Notes under the pieces: model-generated
Seen by the model: the letters and a program-made list of their open reading frames with translations, nothing else
What the model was told of the DNA's origin: nothing
Databases searched by the model: none
Shown here: positions 35,994 to 41,176 of the stretch, piece after piece
How positions within the stretch are numbered: position 1 is the stretch's first letter
How the letters are laid out: every line of letters begins with the position of its first letter
DNA from: a virus
Lineage: Duplodnaviria; Caudoviricetes
DNA length: 41,176 nt
IMG/VR virus record: IMGVR_UViG_3300020045_000317
Location: 1 to 41,176 of that record
Strand: one strand, 5' to 3'
Made by a program: the position numbers and the translations under genes

Positions 35994-35999
35994 AGGCAT

Positions 36000-36017
36000 A
36001 TATTAGGAAACCTAATT
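36000..36017 (-). promoter_or_regulatory. Promoter-like site lacking the +1 G
   Basis: AATTAGGTTTCCTAATAT, 16/18 match to consensus. Confidence 0.55.
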
Positions 36018-36035
36018 CAGTTTATGGAAGAGAAA

Positions 36036-36073
36036 GAAAGAAGAAAGCCCACCATAAGTTAATATAGTGGGCT
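36036..36073 (-). terminator. Rho-independent terminator after RNAP (early terminator)
   Basis: Minus strand AGCCCACTAT-ATTAACTT-ATGGTGGGCT-TTCTTCTTT. Confidence 0.8.
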
Positions 36074-36078
36074 CTGGT

Positions 36079-38820
36079 TTATGCGAAACAGTAATCAGAT
36101 TCTAGTATCTTGTTGATATCCATATCACCTTTAGGTGGTACAGTTGCTTCTAATTCAACAAGCAATTTACCCTCATTGTAGCTTTTAAACTCTTCCAGAA
36201 CGTCATGTTCTGAATACATACTCACCATCGTACCTTTTAAAACATCGCGTAGTTCCTCTGTTAAGCAAGCATAAGTACCAAAAGAGTCATGGATAACAGC
36301 GATAGATGGTGAATCTATAGCATTAACTGCCTTGATAAGGTGGCTTGCATCCATACTGTGCACAAAATTTGGTGCAGCAGATGACTGCATTCTGCGTGCA
36401 TCTATCTTATCTGTGTCCTCTAGCACACGGAAATAAGTACCACCTAAGAGCTGAGTCTTGATTCGTTTATCTTCTGCCTGAACAAACAGCTCTTGATATA
36501 CGATAAAACCAGTAGGTGTTTGCCACGTTAGTGGCTTGTTATGTGCAGAAACCTCTGCTGCTACAGCTTTTATGTACCTCATGGCTGCTCTAGCTGCTAT
36601 AACGACCTCACCGATAGCTTTCCACACCAGTGATGATGCAAAAGATTCAGCCTCAAACTTAGGTAACTCACCATCTTTATTACTGAACATGTGTACAGGT
36701 GCAGACTTAACACCTTGCAAACGCGACTGTTTGTCCATCTTTTCTTGCAAGTCTTTGATATATAACTCCATCGACTCACGACATGTGAGCAATGAGCTAC
36801 CATACGGCAATGTCATTACAGGCTTCTTTGTCATGCTGCGTGTAACACCTAACCGCAACCACTCTTCAGCAAACTTATAGCATTTAACATCACCATATTT
36901 TTCTGACAAGTCATCGTAATTAGGAACATCTTGCTCATACCCATCAACTATAGCTTGCATCCATTCAGCTACAATCTTAGACACAGCGCCATAGATATCT
37001 CTTGGCGCATCAGATGAAAGGAGGTTAACTTCTGCCCCGCCAACTGAATCACGTAACATTGCAGAATAATGTTGAATACCAGAGCAACTACCATCCATCG
37101 CAACAGCTACACGACTTAGGAAGGTATCAGCAGGGTTACCTGCACGCTCATGCTCAAGCAGTTCAGCATACTCTAGGCACCAGCTAAGGAACTGCCAAGG
37201 TTTATCTGCCTGTGTCCATTGCGTGAACGTTATAGGGTCTGCTGCAATGTCTAGGCACATGTCCTGAAAATCTTCAGTGCTTACAAATGCAACACGTTCC
37301 TCGAATGAAACCTTATCCTTGCCCCACTCATTCGCCCCATGCACACAGAACCAGAATCTACCTTTATCACCTAGCGCCATAGGCTCTGAGAAGCGCACCA
37401 AGGCTTTCTGCATATCATCCCCTTGTGGAGATATCAGGCTACTTTGGCAGTACACACGGCCTCGGAAATCAAGTGTGTACACAAAATAGATATTCATATA
37501 ATTTGCATATTTAATAGCTTGGTCTAGCGTGCTATTAACTTCACGAATATCCGCCTTGCGCTTATTCTCTTTCTCATATACCTGAGAAGCTTCACGCTTC
37601 CATAGACTAAAGGCTTCCTTTTGGTCGTCATCAAGCACAGCCTTCAGGTCTTCACCACGTAAGTGTGTATAGATGGCTGGAACAGGACATGATGGCGGTG
37701 TGTACTTGGCAAGTTGTGGCATACCAAGAGGAAGCCCACGATGTCTTATGGTATTAGCTATCTCAAGCAATGGCTTATTCACAGACCACTTAACAGATTG
37801 TAGCTTGTTTACAGCCTTATAAACTTCAGGCATTTGGCTTAGTGTCAGCTTGCGCAAGTGCTTACGGCTGCGAACCTTAACAAGATGCAAGCGTGAGCTG
37901 GCTTGCTCTGTGTGATAACCCCCATTAAAAGGTGTAGTCCAGTCACGTGGTTGTATTACACACGGCCCGAAAGCTGGTGATAGGCCAGCCATTGCCTCTT
38001 TGTAGCCTTCAATCCATGCATCAAGAGATTCAGTTGGAACCAGACGGGCAGTTTTCTGCACCTTGTTGGCTATCCCAGTGCTGTAGTTTTCCTTGGCAAC
38101 CAGCGGTTTACCATCAAGTAGCATGTTATTGGAGAATATTTCAATCATCTTAGCACCAAGCTGCAAAACATCAGCTTTAGGCCAAGGCTGCCAGCGCTCT
38201 ATGTCAATGGCAAACTTAGATTTAGCTTTCAATGCTTCGTATCTCAGCGCATCAATGTGCAGTGTGGTGCAGATATCTACCTTAGACATCTTTGCGTCCA
38301 GCATCTTCTTAAACTCACCAAGCTCATGCAGCTCCTTCTCTGTGTGTACCATAACATCTGCTTCAAACTCATAACTACCAGAGTTACGGCGCTTTAGACT
38401 TTCCTTGATAGTCTCCACATACTTAGGACTTGCTTCATCAATACGCGTGAAACGTACTTCATCTTCAATGCGTTGCCCTATCTTCTGTGCAAGGTTTTGA
38501 ATGCTTACATCTTTCAAGCATAAAGCATCAAAGATGGTTTTGATGGAGATATAGCTGGCGGCTTCTGGGCTCAAGCAATGCAGGTGTGAAATTGTAGAAG
38601 ACAGCTTACCACGGCGGCCCTTATAGTAATCGATGTAAGCTGTCACAGCTTCAGACATAGGTTTAACAAACTCACGCATTAGTCGGCGATACCAATCAGC
38701 ATCAGACCCAGCGCCAGAATCAGATGCACGTGAGTTTGATTTGTGAAAACGTAGCACGCCAGCACCGTGCATTTCTGCTTCAAGTGCATACTGTTCCTGT
38801 ATTAAATCCATATCATTCAC
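36079..38820 (-). CDS. Single-subunit DNA-directed RNA polymerase (T7/SP6 family)
   Basis: LDFRGRVY, DGSCSGIQHY, R.MTKKPVMTLPYG, APNFVHSMDASHL, IHDSFGT, C-terminal YCFA; GTG start. Confidence 0.98.
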   Translation of the reverse strand: MNDMDLIQEQYALEAEMHGAGVLRFHKSNSRASDSGAGSDADWYRRLMREFVKPMSEAVTAYIDYYKGRRGKLSSTISHLHCLSPEAASYISIKTIFDALCLKDVSIQNLAQKIGQRIEDEVRFTRIDEASPKYVETIKESLKRRNSGSYEFEADVMVHTEKELHELGEFKKMLDAKMSKVDICTTLHIDALRYEALKAKSKFAIDIERWQPWPKADVLQLGAKMIEIFSNNMLLDGKPLVAKENYSTGIANKVQKTARLVPTESLDAWIEGYKEAMAGLSPAFGPCVIQPRDWTTPFNGGYHTEQASSRLHLVKVRSRKHLRKLTLSQMPEVYKAVNKLQSVKWSVNKPLLEIANTIRHRGLPLGMPQLAKYTPPSCPVPAIYTHLRGEDLKAVLDDDQKEAFSLWKREASQVYEKENKRKADIREVNSTLDQAIKYANYMNIYFVYTLDFRGRVYCQSSLISPQGDDMQKALVRFSEPMALGDKGRFWFCVHGANEWGKDKVSFEERVAFVSTEDFQDMCLDIAADPITFTQWTQADKPWQFLSWCLEYAELLEHERAGNPADTFLSRVAVAMDGSCSGIQHYSAMLRDSVGGAEVNLLSSDAPRDIYGAVSKIVAEWMQAIVDGYEQDVPNYDDLSEKYGDVKCYKFAEEWLRLGVTRSMTKKPVMTLPYGSSLLTCRESMELYIKDLQEKMDKQSRLQGVKSAPVHMFSNKDGELPKFEAESFASSLVWKAIGEVVIAARAAMRYIKAVAAEVSAHNKPLTWQTPTGFIVYQELFVQAEDKRIKTQLLGGTYFRVLEDTDKIDARRMQSSAAPNFVHSMDASHLIKAVNAIDSPSIAVIHDSFGTYACLTEELRDVLKGTMVSMYSEHDVLEEFKSYNEGKLLVELEATVPPKGDMDINKILESDYCFA

Positions 38821-39570
38821 CTATTTGAATAGTTCGCTAACTGGGCAATCAAAGTTGAAAGTATCATCTGGTGCCTTGCTTATTAATGGTTCCTCTTCCA
38901 GATGCGCCTCATCACCCCATTCAATACCGAAAACTTGCAAGGCCGCATAAATTTTCTCAAGGCCTTCAGGTTCCATAGCATACCAAGCATCATCGCTTGC
39001 TGTTTTATTATCGTGGGCAATGGCAGCTTGTAGTGCATCAACAATGGTTGTTATGTCACCATCCATTAAAACTTTCATGTTAGTCACCTTTAAGTTTGAC
39101 AAGGCTATGCGCCCACAAACTGCCATTTCATCTGTCATATAGTTCTGGTTGTTGAATAGGTACTTGCTATTCCAAGATGGCATATTGGTAGCGCTTGGCG
39201 GCTCTGTTACTATGCCACGCGGATGCATCTCTTCATAAAACAAGCGGAGCCATAGTTTGAACTCTGACTGTGTAAGCCCTTCACATTCATCTGGGTCGTG
39301 CATTAGATTAATTCCCCAATCAGGCATCAATGTTCCTTTATTTATAACCAGCCATGCGTGGAACTGGTCACAACCAAACACCTTTATGTATCTGTGCTTG
39401 AAGGTGTAAAATTGTGAGTCGCTCATATAAATACCATCAGTGCAAGCCCTCCGGTGGAAATCTATAATCCAGTGATACTTGGAAATTACTCTACCTTTAT
39501 AAATAAAACTATTGTCGAGGATGTACATAAAATTATCATAATCCATCTTGCACAATATATAACTCTTCAT
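38821..39570 (-). CDS. Hypothetical early protein
   Basis: 249 aa; aromatic-rich N-terminal half and acidic C-terminal half; abuts RNAP. Confidence 0.7.
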   Translation of the reverse strand: MKSYILCKMDYDNFMYILDNSFIYKGRVISKYHWIIDFHRRACTDGIYMSDSQFYTFKHRYIKVFGCDQFHAWLVINKGTLMPDWGINLMHDPDECEGLTQSEFKLWLRLFYEEMHPRGIVTEPPSATNMPSWNSKYLFNNQNYMTDEMAVCGRIALSNLKVTNMKVLMDGDITTIVDALQAAIAHDNKTASDDAWYAMEPEGLEKIYAALQVFGIEWGDEAHLEEEPLISKAPDDTFNFDCPVSELFK

Positions 39571-39580
39571 TGCTGTGCCT

Positions 39581-39600
39581 TAAAGCCCGCAATAGCGGGC
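39581..39600 (-). terminator. Small GC hairpin, weak terminator or processing site
   Basis: GCCCGC-TATT-GCGGGC-TTTA after the stop of the DUF3102-like gene. Confidence 0.45.
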
Positions 39601-39608
39601 CTAATTGA

Positions 39609-40715
39609 TTACACCAGCTGCAACAGCAGCAGTTCTTGTGCCTCACAAAGCAGCGAGTATGCCTCATGACCATCACCATAGCCCAGCTTAATGAACTCAC
39701 GGAAAGCAGTTTTGATAGCTTGCTTATCCTGTGCTTCACCAGTTGTCAGGCCTAGCGTGCATTGCGGGTCATGTGACTTGAATTGTCGCAGCATCGGAGC
39801 AACTTGTGCTGTCTTAACCATCGCCGGTGTAGTCAGGCGGCGGATTTCAGCCAGTGCAGAATCTAACTGCTGCCGTAACTCTTGCAACTCTGCTTGTGCC
39901 TGTTCGATGTAAACAGGTGCAGTTTGCACAGGCTTGCTGTCTCCCATATCAAACGGTGCATCATCCGTCCCGCTTGCTGGCTGCGGAGTTAGTGCCTGTT
40001 TTTCCTGAACATTGTCCAGTGATACTTGTGCATCAGGTGTTAAAATGGCTGGTTCCTGCTTGACTGGCTCAGCCTGATTCTTAGGCTCAAGCAATGCCTG
40101 CAAGGTGCCAGAGTTCAATGAGCCATTACCTGCCAGCTCTGCTGCTTTCTCAAGCACTTCCGGTGTAGCATCCGCAATCAGACGATACAGCACACGCATA
40201 GCCACGCCAGTAAAACGCTTATCCTCTTTCAAAAACTCAGCAATACGCATCAGGCGGTATGTGTGTGCCTTGCTGAAGCAGAAATGCGCATAACACCACG
40301 GCAAGAACTCTGCCTTTCTATTCTGTGCTGTCATTTCTTCACGTGCCAGTAGCAACAGCTCACCTATGCGTTGTGATTTTGTCTGCACATCATCCAAGCA
40401 TTCACCAATCTCTTCTGCCAGCTCATCAAGGTATGTTGCTTTGCTTTCCTTGGCTGCTTCTGCTGCTGCATCATGTGCCGTCTGATATTCAGCCCGCAAA
40501 GCATCAACAATCCCCGATAACCAATCCATAGCGTCTGGTTTATTTGATGGAAGTAATGCAGGGTGCGCTGTCATATACCCCTCTACACCAGCCCCTAGCG
40601 TACTAACAAACTTAAGAATACTTTTAGTGGTTAGTGGTTTAACTGAATCAGATTTAAGGTAATCATTCGCCGCATTGAAGGCAGTCAACAGGTTTTCCAG
40701 AGATACGTTTGTCAT
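39609..40715 (-). CDS. Early protein with DUF3102-like HTH region and C-terminal J-like domain
   Basis: RIGELLLLAREE...EFLPWCYAHFCFSKAHTYRLMRIAE resembles DUF3102; C-terminus DPQCTLGL...IKTAFREFIK...AYSLLCEAQELL resembles a J domain without HPD; likely start MTNVS (40715). Confidence 0.75.
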   Translation of the reverse strand: MTNVSLENLLTAFNAANDYLKSDSVKPLTTKSILKFVSTLGAGVEGYMTAHPALLPSNKPDAMDWLSGIVDALRAEYQTAHDAAAEAAKESKATYLDELAEEIGECLDDVQTKSQRIGELLLLAREEMTAQNRKAEFLPWCYAHFCFSKAHTYRLMRIAEFLKEDKRFTGVAMRVLYRLIADATPEVLEKAAELAGNGSLNSGTLQALLEPKNQAEPVKQEPAILTPDAQVSLDNVQEKQALTPQPASGTDDAPFDMGDSKPVQTAPVYIEQAQAELQELRQQLDSALAEIRRLTTPAMVKTAQVAPMLRQFKSHDPQCTLGLTTGEAQDKQAIKTAFREFIKLGYGDGHEAYSLLCEAQELLLLQLV

Positions 40716-40735
40716 GATATCACCAATCATTAAGC

Positions 40736-40778
40736 TATGGCGGAATTGCCATAATTGCAGGCTCTCACAAAAGCCTGC
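40736..40778 (-). other. Two adjacent hairpins, putative early RNase III site
   Basis: TATGGC/GCCATA (40736-40753) and GCAGGCT/AGCCTGC (40757-40778). Confidence 0.5.
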
Positions 40779-40784
40779 TATATG

Positions 40785-40967
40785 TCAACTAAAACAGTAA
40801 TCATGAATAAGCTTTAGGTTATGCGGTTGCAGTAGCTTTCTCATATCTGCAATTAACCTTCTAGGTACACGGCCCTTACCTAGTATTGTCCGACTAATTC
40901 TTTTATTACTAGCACCATAGCATATAGCATATGTTACATACTTCCTGTACTTTCCATGATATCTCAT
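40785..40967 (-). CDS. Small basic early protein
   Basis: 60 aa; AAGGTG RBS; coupled to the upstream ORF. Confidence 0.6.
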   Translation of the reverse strand: MRYHGKYRKYVTYAICYGASNKRISRTILGKGRVPRRLIADMRKLLQPHNLKLIHDYCFS

Positions 40968-40968
40968 A

Positions 40969-41154
40969 TTAGTTCACCTTAACCTGTTCTAGCCCTGTTG
41001 TCAGGTCCGAATCAATGTACTCCAGCACCTTAGCTGTGAGTTGTTCAGCAGGTGTGCAGTTGTCCCACGTTTTATCCTGCGGTACACAGCCATTGATATA
41101 AACATCAACACTGCCTTCATCATTATCTTCAAAGACTATTGTTAGTTTAGACAT
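40969..41154 (-). CDS. Small acidic early protein
   Basis: 61 aa; GAGGGA RBS. Confidence 0.65.
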   Translation of the reverse strand: MSKLTIVFEDNDEGSVDVYINGCVPQDKTWDNCTPAEQLTAKVLEYIDSDLTTGLEQVKVN

Positions 41155-41176
41155 TGTTCATCCCTCTTGCTTGTGC

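Larger units (their letters stand above)
35910..36017 (-). other. Putative primary replication origin
   Basis: Tandem promoter-like sites followed by an A-rich tract of about 65 nt just after the RNAP gene, as in the T7 primary origin. Confidence 0.55.

Noticed and set aside
2767-40531. Numerous plus-strand and nested ORFs in the track (e.g. 2767-3174, 4850-5431, 9531-9944)
   Set aside because: Antisense shadows of minus-strand genes; no recognisable motifs or plus-strand promoters.
1-41176. CRISPR array, integrase, transposase or homing endonuclease
   Set aside because: No regularly spaced repeats and no recognisable motifs for these proteins.

Overview
Near-complete genome of a lytic T7-like podophage (Autographiviridae; gene order, protein motifs and promoter shape point to the SP6-like branch). 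All genes lie on the minus strand, so the genome reads right to left in this window. The order is: small early genes, a DUF3102-like protein, single-subunit RNA polymerase, origin-like region, primase/helicase, nucleotidyltransferase, family A DNA polymerase, SSB-like protein, a tRNA-Arg(CCT) with structured RNA, exonuclease, endonuclease VII, phosphoesterase, dNMP kinase, ligase, GNAT, portal, scaffold, capsid, tail tubes, internal virion proteins, tail adaptor, holin, terminase, lysis cassette, beta-helix tailspike and the start of the terminal repeat. The leftmost early region appears truncated at the window's right edge. Bases 1-127 are an inverted copy of tailspike sequence and probably chimeric. 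The most interesting signals are: (1) a 16-18 bp perfect palindrome, GTAACACGCGTGTTAC, present three times, twice just upstream of phage promoters, with a DUF3102-like/J-like early protein as candidate binder; (2) a promoter-driven cassette holding a tRNA, three long hairpins and a hidden 48-aa hydrophobic ORF; (3) a readable phage promoter consensus, AATTAGGTTGCCTAATAG; (4) a virion-like gene pair inserted among the replication genes; (5) shared N-terminal FDYGG and C-terminal acidic-Phe motifs in replication proteins. All family calls come from motif recognition by eye; no database search was run.
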